Sequence record: PZ338878.1 | DNA length: 64,000 nt | Source of the DNA: a phage | Direction: 5' to 3' (one strand) | Part shown: positions 1 through 9,825 of the stretch, piece after piece | Position numbering within the stretch: position 1 is the first letter of the stretch | How the letters are laid out: the number at the start of each line of letters is the position of its first letter | Notes under the pieces: model-generated | What the model was told of the DNA's origin: nothing | The model's input: the letters and a program-made list of their open reading frames with translations, nothing else | The model's database searches: none | Made by a program: the position numbers and the translations under genes

Positions 1-124
1 TACCTGCTAGTAAGTCTCGGTGAGTATTAACAATCATTGCAGGTTTGTTTGCATTTTCACGAGTAAATTCTTCGGATGTTTGTTCGAGGAATCCGATTAC
101 ATCCTCATATAGTTTTTGGGTCAT
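1..124 (-). CDS. hypothetical protein, N-terminal part only (ORF runs off window start)
   Basis: ATG at 124-122 (MTQKLYEDVIGF...) with GGAGGA just upstream; open to position 1. Confidence 0.4.
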   Translation of the reverse strand, partial: MTQKLYEDVIGFLEQTSEEFTRENANKPAMIVNTHRDLLAG

Positions 125-143
125 TAATCCTCCGTGGAAAATA

Positions 144-166
144 AAAGCCAGCATTAAGCTGGCTTT
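144..166 (-). terminator. rho-independent terminator hairpin after gene 214..1164
   Basis: AAAGCCAGC-ATTAA-GCTGGCTTT inverted repeat; T-run on minus strand. Confidence 0.5.
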
Positions 167-213
167 AGGGTGGATCTTTATTTTAAATCTTTTTCGTAAG
201 ATTGTCCTTGATC

Positions 214-1164
214 TTAGTCAAGGTTTTTGGTAATACGTGTACAACCATCAGAAGTCAAACCGTCAACTTGAGTTTCCCAAGTACCATGAATATTTCGGAA
301 CAATGTTGTTACACCTTTTGGTTCATTAATAATGATTGCCATAACAAGTTTAGGATCGATAACAGACATAATCTTTTCCTCAATACCCTCTGTAATAACA
401 TTATTGCGCACAATATTAATTGCATCTTCTTGTACAGTAAGAACACTTACGTTCTTAAGAGTATATACCTGCTGTGTAGTGTAAATGATACGAACATAAC
501 TTACAGAACGAGTAGGCACAGGTTTACGCGGTCGGCGAAAACGTGGTTTTGGTGAAGATTCAGTTTTACTTTCATCTTTTGAATAATACTCCTCAAACAG
601 TTTAGTAAATGTTTTTACATCAACTACAAACCGATCTTTCCGATATGGAGAATTCTTATGTGCACCATTAATACCACTGTTTTCATCGAAGAAAGTAATG
701 TTTTCTTCAGTTGAATACATTAGATAATGATCTGCATTTTTCCAATGTGGTTGTGGACAACGAGGATTACAAACTGAAAGCAGATAACTAATATCTTCTT
801 CCGTGGCATCAGTATCCAGGAAACACGTATTATGCACAGTCAGTTGTACTTTTTCAGCCATATCTTTTTCTTTATCCTCATTAGCAAGATATTCAGTACG
901 AATAATTTCCAGAAAACCTTCAGGTGTTACTTCCATAAATGTATATTCAGGATGAAGTTCCATATATTCAAATCCACAACCATCTAACTGCTGTAGAAAG
1001 TTAGGGTAGAAGAACAAATCATTAACACTGTGAATCAGATCATTGATTTCTGCTTCAGTTGTGTAGCCAAAACTCTTGTGAATTGCTTCGTTAAGAATAT
1101 GCAGGATACCCATCTCTTCTGCTGCTTTTTTAACTTCCAGTTTATTAGCGTAAAATGCAATCAT
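214..1164 (-). CDS. hypothetical protein (316 aa)
   Basis: long ORF in tightly packed minus-strand block. Confidence 0.55.
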   Translation of the reverse strand: MIAFYANKLEVKKAAEEMGILHILNEAIHKSFGYTTEAEINDLIHSVNDLFFYPNFLQQLDGCGFEYMELHPEYTFMEVTPEGFLEIIRTEYLANEDKEKDMAEKVQLTVHNTCFLDTDATEEDISYLLSVCNPRCPQPHWKNADHYLMYSTEENITFFDENSGINGAHKNSPYRKDRFVVDVKTFTKLFEEYYSKDESKTESSPKPRFRRPRKPVPTRSVSYVRIIYTTQQVYTLKNVSVLTVQEDAINIVRNNVITEGIEEKIMSVIDPKLVMAIIINEPKGVTTLFRNIHGTWETQVDGLTSDGCTRITKNLD

Positions 1165-1181
1165 TATGTTCTCCTTCTAAA

Positions 1182-1616
1182 TTAGTTTAAAATTTCTTTT
1201 GCAATGGTAGAAGCAAGTTTTCCATCATATTGATTCGGATACTCTGCTTTAAGGTGTTTCATCATATCTGGCATTTTCTTGCCTGTCAAGGCAAATTCTT
1301 CAGCAATAGCTCGAAGATCATCTTCAGATAGCATTTCTGGTAAATATTTTTCCAGAGTGGTGATATCACGCATAGCTCGCTCACACTTGCTAAGGGAAGC
1401 ATTAACTTTCTTAAGTGAGTCTAGTTCCTCTTTAGCGTGTGCAATACCAATCTTAACAATGTTAATCATAATATCGTCTTCTGATTTGTTTAGATTTGCC
1501 TTTTGAGTACGAGCAAGGTCAAACTCACCAATAATATTAGTTAACAAAGCAAAAGCACCCTTATCGGTTGTACGTGCTAAGATACGATCTGCTTTCATTT
1601 GTGTCACAATAGACAT
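1182..1616 (-). CDS. GatB/YqeY-domain-like protein (144 aa)
   Basis: sequence resembles YqeY-type helical domain; motif-level only. Confidence 0.4.
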   Translation of the reverse strand: MSIVTQMKADRILARTTDKGAFALLTNIIGEFDLARTQKANLNKSEDDIMINIVKIGIAHAKEELDSLKKVNASLSKCERAMRDITTLEKYLPEMLSEDDLRAIAEEFALTGKKMPDMMKHLKAEYPNQYDGKLASTIAKEILN

Positions 1617-1628
1617 TCTATTCTCCTC

Positions 1629-2201
1629 TTATTTGCTAATGCTTTGAATTTTATTTACAACACGGTTTATTGCCAGTGAAGCCCTAGGCTCTGCAATACC
1701 TGTTGCATAGATATAAGGATGACCTTTTGGAGACTCCCTCATACCGAATGAACCTAATTCTAAACCATATTCATCCTCTACGTCAACCCCAATATTAGTG
1801 GGTACTAAATATGTTTTAACTCCATAATAAGTAGAGAAGAAACAGCGCATAGCGTTAGCATACTCTTCAATTGTAGCATCAGGGTAGAACTCAATCAACT
1901 CCAATTTCAAGAAAATATTAAAATGAGTATCATCTAAATTTTCTTCTGTACGGTAACATGGTGTTAGTGCCATATACGGATTACCTGCTGCAAATTCAAA
2001 ACCATCCTTCTCCATTTGCAGGAAAGATTGTTCTGCACTAGCTACATAGTATTTACCGTTAGGATGCCCTAATGGGCGATCCTCTTTATTTTCTGGTAAT
2101 GTGTACGCCAGTATATCAGCATCCACGAGATATGGAACTTCTAACATTTGTGCAAATCGACCATAGTAATCAATAGCTTGAGCTATTACTGCAACATTCA
2201 T
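1629..2201 (-). CDS. hypothetical protein (190 aa)
   Basis: ORF in operon context. Confidence 0.5.
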   Translation of the reverse strand: MNVAVIAQAIDYYGRFAQMLEVPYLVDADILAYTLPENKEDRPLGHPNGKYYVASAEQSFLQMEKDGFEFAAGNPYMALTPCYRTEENLDDTHFNIFLKLELIEFYPDATIEEYANAMRCFFSTYYGVKTYLVPTNIGVDVEDEYGLELGSFGMRESPKGHPYIYATGIAEPRASLAINRVVNKIQSISK

Positions 2202-2449
2202 GATCGACCTCCGCTGCGGAATGCACGTTTAGTAATGTTTGACATAGTGATCAAATCTTGAAGCGTCATATCAGGAAAATGCTGTTCAAGAACACCTTCA
2301 ACAGCGCCTACAATATCTGATAACTCAATAAGTTGCATCAGCTTGCAATCTTGATCAATAGCATCTTGAAGTTCATAAAGCTCTTCTTGAATCTTAGCAA
2401 CAGAACCATATTCCTCTTTACTAATCTCCTTCAAATGATACCCTGCCAC
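2198..2449 (-). CDS. hypothetical protein (83 aa)
   Basis: ORF overlapping neighbour by 4 nt (coupled). Confidence 0.45.
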   Translation of the reverse strand: MAGYHLKEISKEEYGSVAKIQEELYELQDAIDQDCKLMQLIELSDIVGAVEGVLEQHFPDMTLQDLITMSNITKRAFRSGGRS

Positions 2450-2459
2450 TTTAACCCCC

Positions 2460-5234
2460 TTAGTTTACCAGTTTATTTATGTCTGGTAAAAGATTTATTT
2501 CACCTAAAAAATCACCTTCACCTTCCTCTAGCCAACTCTCATATGCTTGTGCATGATTATAGTTACCATCAAAAGAATCTGCAACAAATTTTTCTACAGT
2601 TTTTCGAGATGTGCCAGCGCCAAATACACCAAGTTTAATACCATTGATCGGTAAAGTAGGGCTTGTTGGTACTTTCTCTGTTGCAACACGGTTGATATCT
2701 ATAATCTCTTGTACAGTTGTATTCCATTGTAAGCATTTAACACAACGGGTATGCGCTACATACAGTAAGTTTCGCTCTGCCTCTTCTAGTCCTACCCATT
2801 CACCAGTCTTTTTATCATAGTTGGAAGGAAAATCATTAGCAACAATAACCTGATCCCACTCCAAACCTTTAGACTTATGTGCTGTAGTCAGTGTGACTTT
2901 TGCTGTAGGAGAATTTCTATGCGTTCTAAGTGTATGTGCTATAGTGTTTGCCTTGCCAGAAACTACGATGTTTAACAAGCGTTTAGCATCTGGATCAGCC
3001 TCTGCACACTCAACAAATTCATTCCAGTCTGCGTAAGGTAATACAGTTTCATGTTTTACTTTCTCAATATCCCCTCTCCGAAGAGCATTAACACTATCCA
3101 CCATAGAGATAAAATCCCTGGTATCTACGTTAATAATAATTTCTTCCCCATCTGCAATACGATCCATTGCCTCCATAAGCAAGGTTAAATTCTTGCGAAA
3201 GATGATAGTGTAAGGTTTTGTATAGTCTACAACATCTGATTTGTAGCTACCTACTACAGTATCAAAGCCTTTACCAACCAAAGGATGACGCAAAGGTTCT
3301 TTATCACTTAAAATCATATTCGCAATGTTTGCCACTTTGGGGCCAAAACGGAAGCAAGCAGTTAATGGAAGCTCTGCCCCATACTTAGCTGTTTCAATCA
3401 TCATATTAGAGCTACCTCTAAATTGATAAATGCAGTTGTGGCTAAGAATTTCATTGCCAAAAAAGTTAGCAGTATCTTCTACTTCAATATCATAATAGAT
3501 ACCCTCACTATCTACAATGTCCACAATCTCTTCTGCCGTTACAGTATCACCATCTTTTACTAACACAGACATGCCTTTAAACAAACCCGCTGCCGGAATT
3601 AAATTATATTTGGGAGTGTTCACAGAGGACATGCATTCTTTTAAAGATGCAAACGGAACTATTTCAAGGATCTTTTGTGCAAAACTCAATGCTTCACGAT
3701 AAGAATTGAAATATTTACGTACACGGTAACGACCTTCCAATTTAGCAACACTTACGCTTACACCTGCTTCAATGAGTGAGGCATAGATTGGCATTTCACT
3801 TTCTGTCCACTCAAAGCTAACTTGTGTTCCTTTACAACCTTGTGCTCGCAAAGTCACTGTTAACATTTTTCTTGCATCTACTGCACAATTGATGCTGTGC
3901 CAATGTGGATAAGCAAAATGATAGTCTTTATCCTCTAAAAGTTTAAAACCATTTTGTCCGAATTGTTCAAAGATATTGTTGATCCTTTCTTGATTAATAC
4001 CGCGTGAACTTGCTTCAAATACACAAGTAGGAATGCCATATTGTAAACTGTATGCCATTTCTTTTTCCATAGCAGCTTCACGGTTTTCAACAATATCCAA
4101 CACCCACAACTTCTGTGCTTTTTCAGAACGTGTACGTTGCCCCAGTTTAGAAAAACCTTCTTTATCATCGAATTTGTTAGTGATCCCTACTCGGAAACCT
4201 AAATCTTTTCTCCACATTAGGTATACCACCATCTGATCATCTTTCAGAACATAAGGTGAAGCCCAAATACGATGGTTATGTGTCATATCTAAAGTCTTAC
4301 CTTTAGCAGTAATAATATTCCTACCTTTTGTACGTGTAGATAAAGTCTTATTTGTTACTTTTCTAAATGTAACTTTACCGTTAGAATAAGACTCTACCTT
4401 ATCACCGATTTGCAGGTCTTTCATTGTAACCTGACCATTTTCGGTATTAAGTACCGTGTTTTCTGACACACATTGGAATTCATCACCAACTACCACAATT
4501 TGTTTGGCAGATTTAGCATTCCGCAGAATAGACAAGAATGCAGGGTTAACATCCTGGAATTCATCCCCAAAAATAATGTCATAACCAAGATCAGCACCAG
4601 ACAATTCAAACAATTTTACATAGGTGTCATGCGTCATCAAAGTATCTGTGTTAGGATCAATGCGCTCTCGCCACAATTGTTTTGCATACTTAACTACTTC
4701 TGTAATTAGTTTGTGTTCGTTAATACCTTTTCTTTTAATATCTGCAAGATGTACACCAGGAAAATGTTTACGGCTGATAAAAGGATCATCCGAAAATTCA
4801 AACTTACCTACGGTTTGCTTGATCATTAAACCAATCATAGCACGAGTTAAAAGTGTTTTCCCTCGTTTATCAATAAGATTATTAATCTTAAATTTCTTTG
4901 CTATCTCACTACCTGTACCTGCAACGTTAACATACTGTCCTTCTGGTCGTGACAGTTTTGCACGTAAACGATGATCCAGGAATTGATAGCAAATGGAATG
5001 CAATGTACGGCATTCTACATTTGGTGGCATCTTACGCCGTGCTTCTTCTGCCATGCTTTTATTGAAAGCTAAGTAAAGAATGCGATCTTCTGTACTGTTA
5101 GCCAGCAAATAAAGTGTTGACGTTTTTCCTGATCCAGATTTAGCTTGGATAGTTAAAAACCGATGATCTGGAAAAGCCTCCTTAATAGCTGTTTGCTCTT
5201 CTGTTGGAGTAAAACTCAACTCTTTCTTAGCCAT
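2460..5234 (-). CDS. SF1 UvrD/PcrA-like DNA helicase interrupted by an intein
   Basis: Walker A AKSGSGKT; DEFQD; helicase motif III split as VVGDEFQ / CIYQFRGSS; start taken at MAKKELSF (RBS GAGAGG) rather than track start. Confidence 0.8.
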   Translation of the reverse strand: MAKKELSFTPTEEQTAIKEAFPDHRFLTIQAKSGSGKTSTLYLLANSTEDRILYLAFNKSMAEEARRKMPPNVECRTLHSICYQFLDHRLRAKLSRPEGQYVNVAGTGSEIAKKFKINNLIDKRGKTLLTRAMIGLMIKQTVGKFEFSDDPFISRKHFPGVHLADIKRKGINEHKLITEVVKYAKQLWRERIDPNTDTLMTHDTYVKLFELSGADLGYDIIFGDEFQDVNPAFLSILRNAKSAKQIVVVGDEFQCVSENTVLNTENGQVTMKDLQIGDKVESYSNGKVTFRKVTNKTLSTRTKGRNIITAKGKTLDMTHNHRIWASPYVLKDDQMVVYLMWRKDLGFRVGITNKFDDKEGFSKLGQRTRSEKAQKLWVLDIVENREAAMEKEMAYSLQYGIPTCVFEASSRGINQERINNIFEQFGQNGFKLLEDKDYHFAYPHWHSINCAVDARKMLTVTLRAQGCKGTQVSFEWTESEMPIYASLIEAGVSVSVAKLEGRYRVRKYFNSYREALSFAQKILEIVPFASLKECMSSVNTPKYNLIPAAGLFKGMSVLVKDGDTVTAEEIVDIVDSEGIYYDIEVEDTANFFGNEILSHNCIYQFRGSSNMMIETAKYGAELPLTACFRFGPKVANIANMILSDKEPLRHPLVGKGFDTVVGSYKSDVVDYTKPYTIIFRKNLTLLMEAMDRIADGEEIIINVDTRDFISMVDSVNALRRGDIEKVKHETVLPYADWNEFVECAEADPDAKRLLNIVVSGKANTIAHTLRTHRNSPTAKVTLTTAHKSKGLEWDQVIVANDFPSNYDKKTGEWVGLEEAERNLLYVAHTRCVKCLQWNTTVQEIIDINRVATEKVPTSPTLPINGIKLGVFGAGTSRKTVEKFVADSFDGNYNHAQAYESWLEEGEGDFLGEINLLPDINKLVN
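3435..4472 (-). mobile_element. intein (346 aa) inserted in helicase motif III
   Basis: begins Cys (CVSENTVL), block-B-like THNH, ends SHN followed by Cys (CIYQFRG); flanking exteins reconstitute VGDEFQ-IYQFRG. Confidence 0.75.
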
Positions 5235-5235
5235 T

Positions 5236-5712
5236 TCAACCTCTCTTAATTTGTTTAACAAGCATAGGAACAAAATCTCGTTTTAAAATTTGTTCAATAA
5301 TATGATCAGGTAGCTGTTGGAAATTATAATTAAATGCTACTGTCTCACCTTTAGGTGTTTCTACCCGCACATATAGCATGTTACGAAGTTTATCCACTTG
5401 TGCTGTATATTCTAAACCACGTAATTGATGCATTGCAAACATCAAATCATCAGTTTCAGTTTGGAATCTATCCCTTGTTTGCATCAAGGATAAGGCAAAA
5501 GGTAGATTTTCCCTAAGAGCCACCTTCTTAGGCACTAATGAAGGGAAATACTCCCCAATAACTTCCTGTGTAAGCTGAATACACTCTTTTTCAAGCTGGT
5601 TTTGTTCCTTGAGTTCACAAACACTTTTTTGTAAAGTGTTAACCTCTTTTTGCAAAGCTGCTAGTTGAGTATTTAACTTTCTTTTTTGATTACGACCAAA
5701 ACGTTTAGACAT
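5236..5712 (-). CDS. hypothetical protein (158 aa)
   Basis: ORF in operon. Confidence 0.5.
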   Translation of the reverse strand: MSKRFGRNQKRKLNTQLAALQKEVNTLQKSVCELKEQNQLEKECIQLTQEVIGEYFPSLVPKKVALRENLPFALSLMQTRDRFQTETDDLMFAMHQLRGLEYTAQVDKLRNMLYVRVETPKGETVAFNYNFQQLPDHIIEQILKRDFVPMLVKQIKRG

Positions 5713-5720
5713 ATCTCCCC

Positions 5721-6236
5721 CTAGTAAAACCCCTTAACAATTTGTATTAACTCGGCACAACGGTTGACCAACTTTTCATCGTACAATACACGTTGTGGCA
5801 TATGTTGTATAATATACTCCATTTGCTCATGCCATGTCCACTTTTCTTTTTTGTCTGGGATAACATCACTAGCACGAGAATTATCTTTTAATGTTTGTAT
5901 AATCCAATTGCTTGGAAAGTGCTCTCCACCTTTCTTAAATGGTTTATAGTGGCCTAGAGTGAATTGAGAATCCCCTGTTAGAGCACCCAATTTATTTAGA
6001 TGGATAATCAAACTACGAAACACGTAGTATTCATAGATGTTATCCACCGTATAGCAAGCATAATATTTCAAGATGCCCTTATCTCGCGGATACTTACCAA
6101 CATCCAGATTACACCAGTTGACATTTTCTGGATCATAGTTGTGTTCCTTAAGCCATATTTCTCTTTCATCAAAGTCTGGGTATATTACCGCCCTGCTTAC
6201 AGAGTCAACAAGTGGAGATTGAGCATCAAAAAACAT
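5721..6236 (-). CDS. hypothetical protein (171 aa)
   Basis: ORF in operon. Confidence 0.5.
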   Translation of the reverse strand: MFFDAQSPLVDSVSRAVIYPDFDEREIWLKEHNYDPENVNWCNLDVGKYPRDKGILKYYACYTVDNIYEYYVFRSLIIHLNKLGALTGDSQFTLGHYKPFKKGGEHFPSNWIIQTLKDNSRASDVIPDKKEKWTWHEQMEYIIQHMPQRVLYDEKLVNRCAELIQIVKGFY

Positions 6237-6257
6237 TATATTTTCCTTATTGGTTTA

Positions 6258-6623
6258 TTAAACGTTTTCTAAATCTTTTAAGGCATTACCCAACGTTAGA
6301 ACAATAACATCGTTTGCTGCCTCTTCCCCATTGATATTGGTGAAATTTGGTGTGACAAAAGTAACCATATAAAACTCGTCCACCTGGAAGACAGCAATAA
6401 CACCGTCCATCTTAACATCTTGACGAAAGGAAAAACCAATCATCTTCTCTTGCAAAGGCATATCCCCTTCCTTCATTACTGCCAGGGAGTTTTCAGGAAT
6501 GTTATATTTATCTGCTCCGATGTAGATGTACGTAATGTTATCTTTATCGTGATGATACAGGGTTGCTTTTTCCATATCTAAACCTGACAGATCAAATACG
6601 TTAATTTCTTGTGTAGTCTTCAT
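6258..6623 (-). CDS. hypothetical protein (121 aa)
   Basis: start moved to ATG 6623 (MKTTQEINVF) with GGGAGGA RBS. Confidence 0.5.
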   Translation of the reverse strand: MKTTQEINVFDLSGLDMEKATLYHHDKDNITYIYIGADKYNIPENSLAVMKEGDMPLQEKMIGFSFRQDVKMDGVIAVFQVDEFYMVTFVTPNFTNINGEEAANDVIVLTLGNALKDLENV

Positions 6624-6987
6624 AAATATCCTCCCAAATCCAATAATCATCTGTGTAAGTAGGATGCCTTTTATCCCACTCTGTTCTAGCCCAAGCAACC
6701 GCTGCTACCAACACATCACCATGACAAGGTTGAGGTGAGCAGAAGCAAACTAAGTCTTTCCCTTCTAATTCTAACAAATCTTCAAGAGTGATTTTACCAC
6801 AACGAATTTGTTCCCACAACCACTCTTTATATCTTTGTATAGTTGATCCTCGTGGTTCATCATCCTTTAACTTAAAAGGATTTGCAAACTTTGAGGCTTT
6901 TAACCCCATATGAGGCATAGCTCTGCCAATGTACACTGCACCTTCAGGTATTACTTTACCTAAATGGTAGAAATTTAATACTTTCAT
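6601..6987 (-). CDS. DUF4326-like protein
   Basis: VYIGR...GNPF and CFCSPQPCHGDVL motifs; ATG start at 6987, upstream start in track is TTG. Confidence 0.45.
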   Translation of the reverse strand: MKVLNFYHLGKVIPEGAVYIGRAMPHMGLKASKFANPFKLKDDEPRGSTIQRYKEWLWEQIRCGKITLEDLLELEGKDLVCFCSPQPCHGDVLVAAVAWARTEWDKRHPTYTDDYWIWEDIYEDYTRN

Positions 6988-6988
6988 A

Positions 6989-7339
6989 TTAACCCAAACA
7001 CATCTGTGCAATCAAGCCCTGTATAAATTTATTAGCTTCTTTACTGTCGTAATCAGTTTCTTCTGGATATCCATCTTCATCGTACACAACTGTACCTTCA
7101 ATATACCCTGCCTCAATTAAGGCACGGATCATATCAAATTGCCAGCATGAGTTACCAAATGGACGTTTACCATTAAAACACTCTTCTTCTCTCCATAACG
7201 TAGAGAGTAGTTGTCGGAAATATTCCCGTACAGTGACAGTACCAAGATCTGAATCCTCAAACATAACATCCAGGGCATCAGGATTGCTTTTCTCTACATA
7301 AGGAATATATTTAACACCATTAATAGTTACATCAAGCAT
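6989..7339 (-). CDS. hypothetical protein (116 aa)
   Basis: ORF in operon. Confidence 0.5.
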   Translation of the reverse strand: MLDVTINGVKYIPYVEKSNPDALDVMFEDSDLGTVTVREYFRQLLSTLWREEECFNGKRPFGNSCWQFDMIRALIEAGYIEGTVVYDEDGYPEETDYDSKEANKFIQGLIAQMCLG

Positions 7340-7702
7340 TTATTTCTCCTTATCATCATATTCTAGGAACATATCTGCACGATATGCTTTACGCTCTTCA
7401 AACTTAGCAGGATCTACAACAATAAGCAATACAAGGTTAACATCTAAATACTTCTTAACAAATAGAAATAAATCTTTTCCACAGTTAAAACCTACACCAG
7501 TATAGGCATCCCCATATTGATCTACTGATTTAATCTTCTTACTAACCGTACATTCTATGCTATTCTTTTCTTCTTGGTATAAGGCTTTCCCACCCCAATA
7601 TGTAAAGAATTTAGTACCGTCAGCACCAAGTTTAAAACCTTCTGTTGCATGTCCAGCAAATGAAAGTAAACATAACCAAGTGATCATCAGGTACTTTAGC
7701 AT
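7340..7702 (-). CDS. putative secreted protein with N-terminal signal peptide
   Basis: MLKYLMITWLCLLSFAGHA hydrophobic leader; start at ATG 7702. Confidence 0.5.
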   Translation of the reverse strand: MLKYLMITWLCLLSFAGHATEGFKLGADGTKFFTYWGGKALYQEEKNSIECTVSKKIKSVDQYGDAYTGVGFNCGKDLFLFVKKYLDVNLVLLIVVDPAKFEERKAYRADMFLEYDDKEK

Positions 7703-7703
7703 T

Positions 7704-8186
7704 TTAACCACCCAATTGCAAATGTTTAGAAAGAACAATATCCCACTGATCACCACAACCGTTATCTATGCGGAACATAATGTACGTATCATCTTCTTCT
7801 ACAACATATAACACCTCATAGGAATTACAACAGCCTTCCCAATTTTTAACAGCCTCTGGTGTATCATGTGTAAAAATTTCATTACCATCATACGACCAAA
7901 ACAAAGGGGTGAGGTTTTCGAAGGTCAGTGAAGTAGGGTTCACTTCATCTTTAACTGCTTCCTCATACTCCTTATGCGTTTGTACTGCTTTAGTTAGTGT
8001 ACTCATGTCTATCTCCTTTTCTCCTTCTTGACTATGGAGGATAGCGAACTCTCTAAACTCCACTTCACGCCATGTTTTTAAGTAGTGCTTTATAATTTTA
8101 TCAACATCTGCCTGTTCAACATTACTTTTCAAGCAATAGTAATCATGGTCTTCGCCCATTCTACCCCATATGCTATACCTTGTCAT
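7704..8186 (-). CDS. hypothetical protein (160 aa)
   Basis: ORF in operon. Confidence 0.5.
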   Translation of the reverse strand: MTRYSIWGRMGEDHDYYCLKSNVEQADVDKIIKHYLKTWREVEFREFAILHSQEGEKEIDMSTLTKAVQTHKEYEEAVKDEVNPTSLTFENLTPLFWSYDGNEIFTHDTPEAVKNWEGCCNSYEVLYVVEEDDTYIMFRIDNGCGDQWDIVLSKHLQLGG

Positions 8187-8454
8187 CTGATTGATCCTTT
8201 ACATTGCTCTTGGTATACACAGGAATAACATCGTCGTGATCTTTATTACTTTCATCTGTTAAAGCCCAAAACAACTTACCTGCTGGATGTTTAAAGATGT
8301 AGGCAATAGGTTCCTCTTCCTGTGCTTCTTTGCTACGGATACCATCCCGCCAGGCAAGCCAAGTGTAGATCATCACTTCTTGACGTTCTTCTTCGTTAGG
8401 CCACATATGTGGTGGGAAGGTTTTATCAAACCATTGCTTAAATTCTTCGGTCAT
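8173..8454 (-). CDS. hypothetical protein (93 aa)
   Basis: ORF, GGAG RBS. Confidence 0.5.
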   Translation of the reverse strand: MTEEFKQWFDKTFPPHMWPNEEERQEVMIYTWLAWRDGIRSKEAQEEEPIAYIFKHPAGKLFWALTDESNKDHDDVIPVYTKSNVKDQSDDKV

Positions 8455-8464
8455 AATCTACTCC

Positions 8465-8629
8465 TTAACGTACAAAGTTAACCTCTGCTTCTTTCAGCTT
8501 TGACACTTCTACATAACCACCATGATCATCTTTAATCCATTCTTTTCCTTTACGGATGATAACAGGGTATGTAGAGTGAGTAAGTTTAGGTACAGATCTT
8601 TTTGTTTTAGTGATAGAAATGTTTTGCAT
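8465..8629 (-). CDS. small hypothetical protein (54 aa)
   Basis: hand-translated MQNISITKTKRSVPKL...; AGGAG RBS; below ORF-track size cutoff. Confidence 0.35.
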   Translation of the reverse strand: MQNISITKTKRSVPKLTHSTYPVIIRKGKEWIKDDHGGYVEVSKLKEAEVNFVR

Positions 8630-8689
8630 AGTAGTCTCCTTAGTAAATTTTACATAGAGTCTAGATTATTTAGTAGATAGAGTCAATAA

Positions 8690-8956
8690 CTAATTACTGT
8701 TAGATCTGTATTCTGTCTTCCATTCACAATGGTAAACTTCAACAGGTTCTAACTTCCAGTGTTCAGGAACTAATTCAGGGCAATATCTACAAAAGAGAAA
8801 TAGATAGATAATTAAGACAGGTATTAAATAGTAAAATGGTATACGATCATAACCATACTTACGAGATAACATGTAGACATATAGATAGGGTATAACAATT
8901 AATCCTATAACTATAAGTAAGAAGAGAAGTATAAACCTTAGTGTAGTAACATCCAT
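8690..8956 (-). CDS. small membrane protein (88 aa)
   Basis: two hydrophobic segments; AGGAGA RBS. Confidence 0.5.
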   Translation of the reverse strand: MDVTTLRFILLFLLIVIGLIVIPYLYVYMLSRKYGYDRIPFYYLIPVLIIYLFLFCRYCPELVPEHWKLEPVEVYHCEWKTEYRSNSN

Positions 8957-8983
8957 AGTATTCTCCTATACAGTAATATACTC

Positions 8984-9014
8984 TGTTCCTGCCCCTCCAT
9001 GAGTGGCAGGAACA
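8984..9014 (-). promoter_or_regulatory. intergenic hairpin immediately 5' of RBS of gene 8690..8956
   Basis: TGTTCCTGCC / GGCAGGAACA inverted repeat, 11-nt loop. Confidence 0.35.
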
Positions 9015-9033
9015 ATATCTATAGAGAATACTA

Positions 9034-9088
9034 ACTCGCTTCGCTCGTCACCTTTCAGGTTTAGGGTAGCATGTTTTTCTGAAAAAGT
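9034..9088 (+). repeat. conserved intergenic element, copy A (second copy at 36198..36250)
   Basis: CTCGCTTCGCTCG...TAGGGTAGCATGTTTTT...GAAAAAGT shared with copy B. Confidence 0.5.
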
Positions 9089-9120
9089 CAATACTCTCCA
9101 CAAAACTTTACAAAATACTT

Positions 9121-9393
9121 TTACATAGGTACAACAGAGTCTGTTTTGAAGTCGTACATATGATTTACACCTGTGATTTTTGACATAGAGATTGCACGTT
9201 TAACACCTGCAATTACCTGGTCTGTCTTCTTAATCTCTTCACGGAACTTACGTACAGTTAGAGAGAAGAAACGATGATCCATCCATTGACGGTTAACACG
9301 ATCACGTTTGAAGTGACGGAAATCTTCAATCTGTCTGTTACGCAAACGGCGCAGTACATATAATAATTCATAGTAAGGGTGTTTATTTTTCAT
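9121..9393 (-). CDS. hypothetical protein (90 aa)
   Basis: ORF. Confidence 0.5.
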   Translation of the reverse strand: MKNKHPYYELLYVLRRLRNRQIEDFRHFKRDRVNRQWMDHRFFSLTVRKFREEIKKTDQVIAGVKRAISMSKITGVNHMYDFKTDSVVPM

Positions 9394-9396
9394 AAT

Positions 9397-9825
9397 TTAT
9401 TCTCCAAATCGAAAATCGTCAATATCATCAAACCATACACAATGGCGAGTCCTTTCTTTTTCTGTTGCAGACATTGTTTCAACAGCTTTAGGACTAAGCA
9501 CAACAGGAATGTAACGAACAGGTCGTTCATAATAGTAGCCATACTTTTCTGTATTAGCTGCCTCAAAGACTTTACGGCGTTCTTCAAGATCTTCTATGGT
9601 GAATCCTACCATATAACCATCATGTTTGCTACCCCATCCTTCCTCACTTTCAACAATCGGGATATAAAAGCCGTTACGCGTCCCTGACGCTGGTTTTTCT
9701 TGAGCCTGAAGGCAAGCCTCCCATCCTGCTTTAAAGACGTTATAGAGCGATTTACGCACGTTATGAGTGCCGCTTTCGCTTGCTGGATAGATTTCATTAA
9801 ACTTGTCTTGGATTTGTTGTGTCAT
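9397..9825 (-). CDS. hypothetical protein (142 aa)
   Basis: ORF. Confidence 0.5.
   Translation of the reverse strand: MTQQIQDKFNEIYPASESGTHNVRKSLYNVFKAGWEACLQAQEKPASGTRNGFYIPIVESEEGWGSKHDGYMVGFTIEDLEERRKVFEAANTEKYGYYYERPVRYIPVVLSPKAVETMSATEKERTRHCVWFDDIDDFRFGE

Noticed and set aside
202-5000. Plus-strand ORFs inside the minus-strand block (e.g. 202..555, 1279..1506, 2333..2638, 2611..2820, 3517..3702, 4033..4236, 4473..4709, 4624..4974)
   Set aside because: Antisense shadow ORFs lying within longer, motif-supported minus-strand genes; no RBS
9390-9797. ORFs 9390..9587 and 9606..9797 (minus) and 9379..9687 (plus)
   Set aside because: Embedded within, or antisense to, the longer ORF 9397..9825
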